NCBI GenBank assembly: GCA_965279515.1 | Contig: CBDIID010000003.1 | Location: 4,608,001 to 4,672,000 of the forward strand | DNA from: Turneriella sp. | GTDB lineage: Bacteria > Spirochaetota > Leptospiria > Turneriellales > Turneriellaceae | Length of the DNA stretch: 64,000 nucleotides | Direction of reading: 5' to 3' | Shown: positions 56,082 to 64,000 of the stretch, in pieces | How positions within the stretch are numbered: the stretch's first letter is position 1 | Layout: each line of letters begins with the position of its first letter | Notes under the pieces: model-generated | What the model saw: only the letters and a program-made list of their open reading frames with translations | Databases searched by the model: none | What the model was told of the DNA's origin: nothing | Made by a program: the position numbers and the translations under genes

Positions 56082-56522
56082 TTAGTTGCCCGAACCTGCG
56101 CGTAAAAAATAGTCCGTAGCGAGCAAATAACCCTCGGCGCCGAGGCCGACGATCACGCCTTGTGCAATCGCACTCAGGTAAGATTTATGCCGGAATTCTT
56201 CACGCGCATAGACATTCGAAATGTGGACTTCAATGAAGGGTACTTTGGTGGCCGAGAGCGCATCGCGGATACCGATCGAAGTATGTGTCAATGATGCTGC
56301 ATTGAGAATCAGGCGATCGCTGTCTTTGAGGTTTTGCAGGTAGGTTATGATTTCACCCTCATTGTTCGACTGGAAAAAAACCAGCTCGGCCTTGCCCGTA
56401 GCATGCGCGCGGATTTTCGCTTCGAGGTCGGCGAGGCTGAACGTTCCGTAAAAGCCCGCTTCGCGCTTGCCGAGCATGTTCAAATTGGGTCCGTTGACGA
56501 CGACGAGCCGCATATCAGTCAC
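56082..56522 (-). CDS. aroQ: Type II 3-dehydroquinate dehydratase
   Basis: NGPNLNMLGKRE..FYG, QSNNEG, EVHISN..REEFRH.S. Confidence 0.96.
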   Translation of the reverse strand: MTDMRLVVVNGPNLNMLGKREAGFYGTFSLADLEAKIRAHATGKAELVFFQSNNEGEIITYLQNLKDSDRLILNAASLTHTSIGIRDALSATKVPFIEVHISNVYAREEFRHKSYLSAIAQGVIVGLGAEGYLLATDYFLRAGSGN

Positions 56523-57606
56523 CCAACGTCTGAAATTCTTTCAGGCTCGCAAGCAGTTCCTGCTCCGCTACGGGGCGCGGCAATTCACAGCTGCCTGGGC
56601 CTTTCAACAGGACAAAACGGATATCGCCCGCCATATTCTTCTTATCGGCACGCATCAGCCGAATGAGTTCATTTACTTTAACGCCCTTGGGGAAGGCATC
56701 GCTGAGGCGCGCAGGCAGGTTATATTTTTGTAGGATACTATCGATACGGCCCTCATCAGCCGTACTCAGTGAGCCGATGCGGCGCGACAGCAGTGCGGCG
56801 AAACGTTGGCCGATCGCGACTGCCTCGCCGTGTAATATTCCCTTATATCGGGTCTTCGTTTCGATGGCATGCGCGAGTGTGTGGCCAAAATTCAGGAAAG
56901 CACGTATGTTTTGCTCTTTCTCGTCTTTAGCGACGATGTCTGCCTTGATGCGGATGCACGCTGCGGAAAGCATGGCAAGGAAATCCACATCGGCGCGCTT
57001 CTCGTTATAGGTATGGCTTTCGAGGGTTTTGACCAGGGCGGCATCGGCAATGAGGGCGGTCTTCACCGATTCCGAGAGGCCGCAGCGGATTTCCCGCACC
57101 GGCAAAGTCTTCAATAAAGAAGGAATAACAAACACAGCCTGAGGCTGGTGAAAAACTCCCACGAGGTTCTTACCTGAGGTAATGTTGACCGCGGTTTTAC
57201 CGCCGACGGAAGAATCGACCATGGCGAGCAGCGTGGTGGGAATCTGCACGAACGGTATGCCGCGCATGAAGACGCCGGCGAGAAAACCCGTGAGATCGCC
57301 TATGACACCGCCGCCGATCGCGATCAGGCGCGAGTGCCGGGTTGCGCCGCCACGCACGAGCAGGTTCGTGGTTTTTTCCAGCGAAAGAAAACTCTTGCTG
57401 CCTTCACCCGGGGCAATGCGTATGAAGGTAACGTGGGGCAGGGCCTTACGGAAGACTTTTCCGTGTAAGCGGTCGACCTTCGCATCGATGAGAGCGAATT
57501 CTTTTCCTTTGACGGGTTTTAAATGCCCCGCGATTCCCGCGGGTGCATCGCTATAACGCACATCATACGACCTGTCGCCGAGCTTTACCGGAATGACAGT
57601 CTGCAC
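56515..57606 (-). CDS. aroB: 3-dehydroquinate synthase
   Basis: GGGVIGDL, PTTLLAMVDSSVGGKT, LNFGHTLAHAIE, HGEAV, DKK. Confidence 0.96.
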   Translation of the reverse strand: MQTVIPVKLGDRSYDVRYSDAPAGIAGHLKPVKGKEFALIDAKVDRLHGKVFRKALPHVTFIRIAPGEGSKSFLSLEKTTNLLVRGGATRHSRLIAIGGGVIGDLTGFLAGVFMRGIPFVQIPTTLLAMVDSSVGGKTAVNITSGKNLVGVFHQPQAVFVIPSLLKTLPVREIRCGLSESVKTALIADAALVKTLESHTYNEKRADVDFLAMLSAACIRIKADIVAKDEKEQNIRAFLNFGHTLAHAIETKTRYKGILHGEAVAIGQRFAALLSRRIGSLSTADEGRIDSILQKYNLPARLSDAFPKGVKVNELIRLMRADKKNMAGDIRFVLLKGPGSCELPRPVAEQELLASLKEFQTLGD

Positions 57607-57613
57607 GCGGAAA

Positions 57614-58939
57614 TTAAATCTCGCCGATCAACTGGTCGAGCTTCTGCACGGCCGCATCCATCGTCGCTTTGCGGACATTGAGCGGCGGTGCGAGGCGCAG
57701 CACCGAGTTGCCGCCGCGCGCCATGAGCAGCCCAAGCTGGATACCTTTCTCGAGCAGTGGGCGCGCTTCGATCGAATCCTTGAGTACGATACCGATCAGG
57801 AGGCCCAGGCCCCTTATCTCGACAATTTTATCAGGATATTTTTCCTTGAGTTTGTTCAACGCCGACATCAGGTAGCGCGAAGATGCCTGCACGTGATCGA
57901 GAATTTTCTCCGACTCGATTGTGCGCACGACTTCATAGGCGACGGCGGTCGCGAGGTGGTTGCCGCCGAAGGTCGAACCGTGCATACCTTTTTCAAAAAC
58001 GCCGGCATATTTCTCGGCGACAAGCATGGCGCCGATGGGAAATCCCCCGCCCAAACCCTTTGCCATGGTGAGAATATCGGGAATCACCCCGTAGTGCTGG
58101 TAGGCGAAATAATGACCGCTTCTGCCCATGCCGCACTGGATTTCGTCGAAGCAGAGCAGGGCGTTCTCTTCGTTGCAGCGTGCCCGTGCGATCTTGATGA
58201 AATCCGGCGAAAGCGGAATCACACCCGACTCGCCGAGTACCGGTTCTAAGATCACGCCGCACGTCGTTGAATCGATGGCCGCAGAGAGACCGGCGATATC
58301 ATCGATGGCTACGAATTCCACGTGGCCGAGAATTTCTCCGAAACCTTTTTGGATTTTATCCTGGCCGGTAACCGAAAGGGCACCAAAGGTGCGGCCATGG
58401 AAACCATCCCTGACGGCAACAATCTTCTGCCGCGCGGGGGATTTTGTCTGGCCATGAGCGCGCATAAATTTGATCGCGGCTTCATTCGCCTCTGTGCCTG
58501 AATTGCAGAAGAATACCTTACCGGGAAAATTAATCTCGACCAGCGCCTGTGCGAGCTGCGCCTGCTGCTGGTTAAAGAACAGGTTCGATGTATGCCAGAG
58601 CATTTCGGCCTGCGTCGTCAGCGCCGCGATGAGATCGGAGTGTGCATGGCCCAGCGCAGTCACGGCGATGCCGCTCAGGAAATCGATATACTCTTTTCCG
58701 TCGGTATCAAACAGGCGGTCGCCTGCGCCGTAGTGGAAGGCCACCGGCATGCGGGCATAGGTTTGCAGAACATATTTTTCGTCGAGGTCACGGATCTCTT
58801 GCAGCGACAGGCGCGCCGCCGGATCGAATGCATTGATTTCGCGTTTTCCTGCATGCACCGGCAGGTTTGTTTCCGCGATTCCGTAGAGATCTTTTGCGCT
58901 TTCGGCTATTTTAATCTCGCCTTTACTGTCTTCCGCCAT
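57614..58939 (-). CDS. argD: Acetylornithine aminotransferase (class III)
   Basis: NSGTEANE, FHGRT, DEIQCGMGR, AKGLGGG, HGSTFGGN. Confidence 0.92.
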   Translation of the reverse strand: MAEDSKGEIKIAESAKDLYGIAETNLPVHAGKREINAFDPAARLSLQEIRDLDEKYVLQTYARMPVAFHYGAGDRLFDTDGKEYIDFLSGIAVTALGHAHSDLIAALTTQAEMLWHTSNLFFNQQQAQLAQALVEINFPGKVFFCNSGTEANEAAIKFMRAHGQTKSPARQKIVAVRDGFHGRTFGALSVTGQDKIQKGFGEILGHVEFVAIDDIAGLSAAIDSTTCGVILEPVLGESGVIPLSPDFIKIARARCNEENALLCFDEIQCGMGRSGHYFAYQHYGVIPDILTMAKGLGGGFPIGAMLVAEKYAGVFEKGMHGSTFGGNHLATAVAYEVVRTIESEKILDHVQASSRYLMSALNKLKEKYPDKIVEIRGLGLLIGIVLKDSIEARPLLEKGIQLGLLMARGGNSVLRLAPPLNVRKATMDAAVQKLDQLIGEI

Positions 58940-59000
58940 ATGCCTTGACGGGTCGGCCAGACAGGGCGTCGAGAAGATGGCTATTGTGGGGCAAGCGGGT

Positions 59001-61169
59001 TCAGGCCGGGTTGCGCACCTTAAAATTCCAGGCCGTGTTGAGCGTCACTGTCAGTTTTTCGGCGGTAATCGGTTTCGTGAGGTAGCCGTCCATTCCCGCA
59101 GCTTCACAGTCGCGGCGGTCGTCGACCGTGGCGTTGGCCGTGAGGCCAACAACGTATGTCAGTGCGGCATTTTCCATACGGCGGATTTCCCGCGTGGCTG
59201 AGAGGCCATCCACCTCGGGCATGCGCACATCCATGAAGACTAAATCGTAATGCTGCCGGCGTACGCTGTCAATCGCCTCGCGCCCGTTGCCGGCAAAATC
59301 TGATGTATAGCCAAAACGTGTCAGCATTGTCTGGATGACCATCTGGTTGATGGCATTATCTTCGACGACGAGAACTTTGAGCGGTTTCTGTGCAGCGAGG
59401 GACGCATCGAATGCAGGCATGGCCGGGGGTTGCCCAATATTTTTTCCCGGGCCAAACAGGCCCTGTATTGTATCGTGCAGCCGCGAAGGTTTAATGGGCT
59501 TTGTCAGCACGCGGTCGAATAACCCCTCTGCAGGTTTTTCAAACGATGTCGAGCTCACCAGTACCATGGGGCCCGTGGCATTCGCGGCCCGCAAAGCCTG
59601 TGCGAGCTCGGCGCCGTCCATCTCAGGCATCCGCAGGTCGAGCAGGTAGACATCGAAGCGCTCGCTGTTGCGCACCCGGTCGAGCGCATCCTTGGGGCGC
59701 AGCTCGGTAACACAGCGCATTCCCCATTTGCTGAGATAACTCTGGATAATCCGGAGGTTGGTTTCATTGTCATCGACGGCAAGGGCAGTCAGGCCCTTGA
59801 GTGTGCCGGAGTCTTCGAGGTATTGCGGCAGGGGCAGCGCCGCTGCTGCAGCTGTGATTGTCACGTGGAAGGTCGAACCGTGGTGGCGTGCGGATTCAAA
59901 TGCCACCGTGCCGCCCATCGCCTCGGCAAGGCGGCGGCAGATCACGAGCCCCAGGCCTGTGCCGCCATGGCTGCGTGTGATGGAGGTGTCGGCCTGGCCG
60001 AACGGCTGAAAAAGCCGCTGCGATTCTTCGGGGGTAATGCCCCGACCGGTATCGCGCACACGGAAATGGATGCGGTAGTGCCCTGCGCCCAGTTTTTCGG
60101 CATCGACGGCGACCATGACCTCGCCGCGCTCGGTGAACTTAACCGCATTCGAGAGCAGGTTGACGAGAATCTGTTTGAGCCTGCCGGCGTCAGAGAGAAT
60201 GCTTTCGGGAACATTGTCACTGAAGGTGTAGCCGAGTTCGAGGTGTTTTTCATCCGCCTTCATAGCCACCATGTCGAGAGATTCTTCGACCGCGGTGCGC
60301 AGCGAAAATGGATAATGTTCGATCTCCATTTTGCCCGCTTCGATCTTGGCGAAATCGAGAATGTCGTTGATGATGTTCAGCAGGTGCTCGCTCGAGCCGC
60401 GCAGTATGCCTGCGAACTCGCGCTGCTCGGCAGTCAGCGGTGTATCTGAAATCAGGCTCGTCATACCGATGATGGCATTCATCGGTGTGCGGATCTCATG
60501 CGACATGCTGGCGAGAAACTCAGACTTGATGCGCGCCTCGCGTTCCGCGACTTCTTTCTCGACCCGCAGCTGCGCCGATTCCGATTCCGCACGCATCATC
60601 AGCAGGGAACGTGTCGCAAAAGTATCGCGGATACGCAAAAATAACAGGGACAAGGCGAGCAGCGCGATGACGCCGCCGGCGACGTCGAGCCATGCCATGA
60701 GCACCGGAGGAAATCCCGACGTGTAACCCAGGTTGCGCACGACAAGGGCGTTGAGTCCCGTGAGTATGGCGAGTACCACAAAGATGCGGGGGATCTTGCC
60801 CTGTGCATACTGCAGCGCGAAGGCAAAAGGAATAAAGCTCGCGACCACGTAGGTCGTCGATTGTTCGGGTAAGATGTAGGTAATCACCCAGAGCGTGGCG
60901 ATGACAGACGAACAAAAAACCACAACGCCGGAGTGCAGGCGCTCCCTGACGATCAGGCGCCGGCCTGCTTCATAGCCGAGGCCCGCGGCGAAGGTCGCCG
61001 CTGCTACGGCGGCAAGTCTCATGCTTGAAATACAGGCGGCGGCGGCACCGAAGATGGCAGCGTAGGTGAAAGTCATCCACATGCAGAACCGGGTAACAGC
61101 CCCCGCACGCCGGATATCCATCGCGTTGAAGGCGAGATGCTCCCGGGCAACTTTATTGCGCTCTGGCAT
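59001..61169 (-). CDS. Hybrid membrane histidine kinase with two receiver domains
   Basis: About six TMs, [34 protein letters not shown] domains LDLRMP and MDVRMP. Start moved to ATG 61169. Confidence 0.92.
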   Translation of the reverse strand: MPERNKVAREHLAFNAMDIRRAGAVTRFCMWMTFTYAAIFGAAAACISSMRLAAVAAATFAAGLGYEAGRRLIVRERLHSGVVVFCSSVIATLWVITYILPEQSTTYVVASFIPFAFALQYAQGKIPRIFVVLAILTGLNALVVRNLGYTSGFPPVLMAWLDVAGGVIALLALSLLFLRIRDTFATRSLLMMRAESESAQLRVEKEVAEREARIKSEFLASMSHEIRTPMNAIIGMTSLISDTPLTAEQREFAGILRGSSEHLLNIINDILDFAKIEAGKMEIEHYPFSLRTAVEESLDMVAMKADEKHLELGYTFSDNVPESILSDAGRLKQILVNLLSNAVKFTERGEVMVAVDAEKLGAGHYRIHFRVRDTGRGITPEESQRLFQPFGQADTSITRSHGGTGLGLVICRRLAEAMGGTVAFESARHHGSTFHVTITAAAAALPLPQYLEDSGTLKGLTALAVDDNETNLRIIQSYLSKWGMRCVTELRPKDALDRVRNSERFDVYLLDLRMPEMDGAELAQALRAANATGPMVLVSSTSFEKPAEGLFDRVLTKPIKPSRLHDTIQGLFGPGKNIGQPPAMPAFDASLAAQKPLKVLVVEDNAINQMVIQTMLTRFGYTSDFAGNGREAIDSVRRQHYDLVFMDVRMPEVDGLSATREIRRMENAALTYVVGLTANATVDDRRDCEAAGMDGYLTKPITAEKLTVTLNTAWNFKVRNPA

Positions 61170-61269
61170 GGGCAGCAGCCAGTTTGCCACAGTTACCCAA
61201 AAAGTCAGCGAGAAATTGACCTTCGCTTCGCATGCCTTGACGGAGTGATTCGCGGAGGCGTTTGGCCTC

Positions 61270-61698
61270 ATGCAGACTCTCCGCAAGATAGAGCTCTCCG
61301 CTGCAGCCACCGCGGTGACCTTGCTCGTCCTCTGCTCGCTGGCCATCATTGTATTGCGGCTTTTTACCTCGACTGCCTGGTCGGTGGGCGCCGTCGATGC
61401 TTTGTCTGCATACCCTTCGCACCTGATGGTCATCGCGGCGCTCCTGGGCGGGTCGTTAGCTCTCAGCCGCGGTGAGACGCTCAAAATCGAGGTTTTGAAT
61501 AACCTTTTGACTGAAAAACGCCGTGTCCTCGTGCAGCGCATTGTTGCAGTGGTCGGAGTGATTTTCTTCGGGGGTTTTATCGCGCTTGTGGTGCGCTATC
61601 TTACCGTCGACTACCGGCCCGTCGTGGCTTTTGTCTACCTGCCGCTGATGTTTTTGATTCTGGTGAAGGTTTTCGCTCTCAGTCTCTCTGCGAAATGA
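61270..61698 (+). CDS. Four-TM membrane protein resembling the TRAP small permease (DctQ)
   Basis: [26 protein letters not shown] resembles the DctQ LGA..A...G.HI..D motif. Confidence 0.6.
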   Translation: MQTLRKIELSAAATAVTLLVLCSLAIIVLRLFTSTAWSVGAVDALSAYPSHLMVIAALLGGSLALSRGETLKIEVLNNLLTEKRRVLVQRIVAVVGVIFFGGFIALVVRYLTVDYRPVVAFVYLPLMFLILVKVFALSLSAK

Positions 61699-63716
61699 CG
61701 CTACGGTATTCGATCGTTGCTGCGCTGCCGCTGCTCTTTACCGGGGCCGCGTTTAATGGCAGTTTTCCTTCAGGTTTTGCTGTCGAGCACAGCTATAAAG
61801 TCAGGAACAGCTCATTCTCGGGTATCTCTGCGCTCGATACTTCGCTGCTCAGGGATGATACCCGTATCACTGCAGTGGCGGCTGCAGCAGATCGTTTCGT
61901 TATCGGCACGTCGAACCGCGGTGTCTTTGAGAGTTTCGACAGCGGCAAATCGTGGTCGCATGCCGACGCCGACAAAATACCGATGTTGACCGATACCGGC
62001 AATCAGCGGCAGGTCTATGCCTTCGACGACGGTGCCCGCCTGCTCACGCATAAACACGATATTTTGGTGCGTACCGGCAAAACCTGGCAACCGGTAAAAT
62101 CAGATATGGGACGCTCGGTGATTTTTACCGCGATCCACCGCGGCAAAAATACGCTCTACCTCGGTACCTCGGTGAACGGTCTCAAAGCCGCGCCCTTGAC
62201 GCAGAACAACTATCAATCCCTCTTGAATGGAGAGGAATTCAAACTCAAATTTAAAACTATCAACGCAGGCATGCCGGGCAGGCCGCACAGTAAGTCACAT
62301 TTTATGTATGAAGAAGTGCAGGCGATCGACGAGCTTGCGGATGGAGACGTTCTGGTGGCGACGGGGCCTTCGCCGGCAATTTATTTAAAGCCCAGGGATA
62401 GCGGGCGCTTTCAGAAAGTCGCTGTCGCGAAACTATCTGACGCTTTGGACGAATGTAAATCTGTCAGTGCCGTCGCCCGCAATAAAGTTGTGCTGAGTTG
62501 CAGCCGGGGCGTCTGGTCGGGTTCGCTCGATAACCCCGACTGGAATTTCACCGCGCAAGTTGCAATCGTGCCGGATGCCGCCGCCTATGGTGGTTATGCG
62601 CTCACGGATGCCGACGGTAACCGTCTCAGCTTTGTAGGTTTTAAGAGCCGGCTGACAAACGAGAAAAGGCAGCGGATGCAGAATGCCGCTGGCCAGCGGG
62701 TCATGTATGCATCTGCATATACGTGGAGCAAAAGACAGGGCCAGGTGCTGGCCGAACTCAAGAGCGGTTTCTGGACGGGGCTCGTCATCGACGGCAAGGA
62801 TGACAACGGCATAATCCGTTTTGACAGCGATGTGCCGCTCGCGCGTTCGATCGGCGCGGTGCGGCCGCTCTATAAAATGGCGGACGTGGCGGCAAAAGTA
62901 CATGCCTTAGGTAAGCGGCTCATTGTCCGCCTTGTCATCTTCAAGGACCCGAAACTCTTTGAGCGCGAGGGTTATGCCATTCTCGACGCTGCGGGCGGTA
63001 AGTGGAAGGGTACAGAAAAAGAACGCTGGATCGACCCCTACAACCCGAATCTGCTCAGTGAATATTATGCACCGATGATGCGCGAACTCACGGACCGCGG
63101 CGTCGACGAGATCCAGCTGGATTACATCCGGTTTCCCTCAGATGGTCCGGTCGGCCGCTGCCGCTTCTCGCATAAGAAAGCGCTGTGGCAGGAGGTCATA
63201 CGGGCGGCGACCCCCGCGATTGCAAAGCAATCGCTTTGGTCTGGGTCGCCGCCGGATTATTATTATTCAGAGGCGCTCGAGAATTTTCTGACCGGGGTGA
63301 GGCAGGCGACGCCGCTGGCGATCGGCGCCGATATCTACGGTTACAACGGCATGTACCGCGTACCGGGTTCCATCGGGCAGGATCTCGAGGTCTATGGCCG
63401 TGTGCTCGATGTCATATCGCCTATGCATTATAGCTCCCACTTCGGCGACGACTATATGCGGCACCTGCCGCGCGATGAGCGCGCGTATAATCTGCTGCTT
63501 TTGGCCTTGTCGCGCGGAACGTTTTTTGCGAAGGGCGAATTTGTCATGCGGCCCTACATTCAGGCATTTTCGATGAAAGACGGCCTGTGGGGTTATGGCA
63601 AAAAATACTTCGCCGACCAGATTAAGGGCGTCGCCGATGGTGGCGGCAGCGGCTTCCTGTTTTGGGGTAAGCTTGACGATATGACGCTCGTGCGCAAAAC
63701 ACAGGTAGGTCCCTGA
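61695..63716 (+). CDS. Putative glycoside hydrolase (DUF4015-like TIM barrel) with N-terminal propeller
   Basis: VIDGKDD.G, RLVIFKD, WIDPY, GVDEIQLDYIRFP, GQDLE, ISPM.Y.SHF, RPYIQAF; Asp-box SFDSGKSW. Confidence 0.8.
   Translation: MTLRYSIVAALPLLFTGAAFNGSFPSGFAVEHSYKVRNSSFSGISALDTSLLRDDTRITAVAAAADRFVIGTSNRGVFESFDSGKSWSHADADKIPMLTDTGNQRQVYAFDDGARLLTHKHDILVRTGKTWQPVKSDMGRSVIFTAIHRGKNTLYLGTSVNGLKAAPLTQNNYQSLLNGEEFKLKFKTINAGMPGRPHSKSHFMYEEVQAIDELADGDVLVATGPSPAIYLKPRDSGRFQKVAVAKLSDALDECKSVSAVARNKVVLSCSRGVWSGSLDNPDWNFTAQVAIVPDAAAYGGYALTDADGNRLSFVGFKSRLTNEKRQRMQNAAGQRVMYASAYTWSKRQGQVLAELKSGFWTGLVIDGKDDNGIIRFDSDVPLARSIGAVRPLYKMADVAAKVHALGKRLIVRLVIFKDPKLFEREGYAILDAAGGKWKGTEKERWIDPYNPNLLSEYYAPMMRELTDRGVDEIQLDYIRFPSDGPVGRCRFSHKKALWQEVIRAATPAIAKQSLWSGSPPDYYYSEALENFLTGVRQATPLAIGADIYGYNGMYRVPGSIGQDLEVYGRVLDVISPMHYSSHFGDDYMRHLPRDERAYNLLLLALSRGTFFAKGEFVMRPYIQAFSMKDGLWGYGKKYFADQIKGVADGGGSGFLFWGKLDDMTLVRKTQVGP
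63203..63253. repeat. REP-like palindrome inside the hydrolase CDS
   Basis: GGCGGCGACCC...GGGTCGCCGCC enclosing GCGATTGC-aaa-GCAATCGC. Confidence 0.7.
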
Positions 63717-63717
63717 A

Positions 63718-64000
63718 ATGTATTCAACGCCGCGTGTCACTTGGACTGTTATGCGCATCCTCTGGATGCAGATCGCGCTGTGCACCGCGATCATTCTTGA
63801 AGCCGCGATTTTTGGCAAACATTCGCTCGCACGCATCTTCGAGCTGACGTACAATAACATTTTCCAGCGCGGTGAAGTCTGGCAGCTCTTCACGAGCACG
63901 CTGGTGCATGCGAATCCCTTCCAGCTGCTCTTCAATGCGCTGACGCTGTGGATGTTCGGTTCAGAGCTCGAGCAGCGCTGGGGCCGCAGTGTGTTCTTCC
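63718..64000 (+). CDS. Rhomboid family intramembrane protease, N-terminal part
   Basis: Translated by hand: MYSTPRVT...GEVWQLFTSTLVHANPFQLLFNALTLWMFGSELEQRWG. Not in the ORF track. Confidence 0.85.
   Translation, partial: MYSTPRVTWTVMRILWMQIALCTAIILEAAIFGKHSLARIFELTYNNIFQRGEVWQLFTSTLVHANPFQLLFNALTLWMFGSELEQRWGRSVFF

Noticed and set aside
61170..61541. N-terminal 124 aa of the histidine kinase ORF
   Set aside because: Overlaps the divergent DctQ-like gene; ATG 61169 is the more plausible start.

Overview
About 64 kb of ordinary chromosomal DNA with no prophage, CRISPR array, rRNA, tRNA or transposase detected. The gene content (DUF1577-like PilZ protein, FapA/DUF342, HAMP adenylate cyclase next to a FecR protein, Cys-type CcmE, spirochaete-style lipoproteins, folK beside panB) suggests a Leptospiraceae spirochaete such as Turneriella; this is inference only. 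Housekeeping genes: mutM, PNP, nuoF, pilD, ccmE, tyrA, trxA, ribF, PBP1A, folK-panB, aroQ, aroB, argD. Other loci: a LolA-like/outer-membrane barrel/MMPL lipid-transport operon next to an acyl-CoA dehydrogenase; a sigma54-driven amt-glnK-amt-glnK-glnK cluster whose three P-II proteins lack Tyr51; many envelope, TPR and ankyrin proteins. Items the ORF track misses: a 29-aa ribosomal protein bS22 gene, a 203-bp MITE with TTA target duplication, several REP-like palindromes (some apparently in frame inside genes), palindromic operator candidates and a possible structured RNA. The best candidates for poorly described systems are the nuoF-cyclase-FecR-TPR lipoprotein locus, a YihY protein split by a beta-propeller, a FolK-PanB fusion and the coding palindromic inserts. 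All product calls come from motif recognition by eye; no database searches were run.
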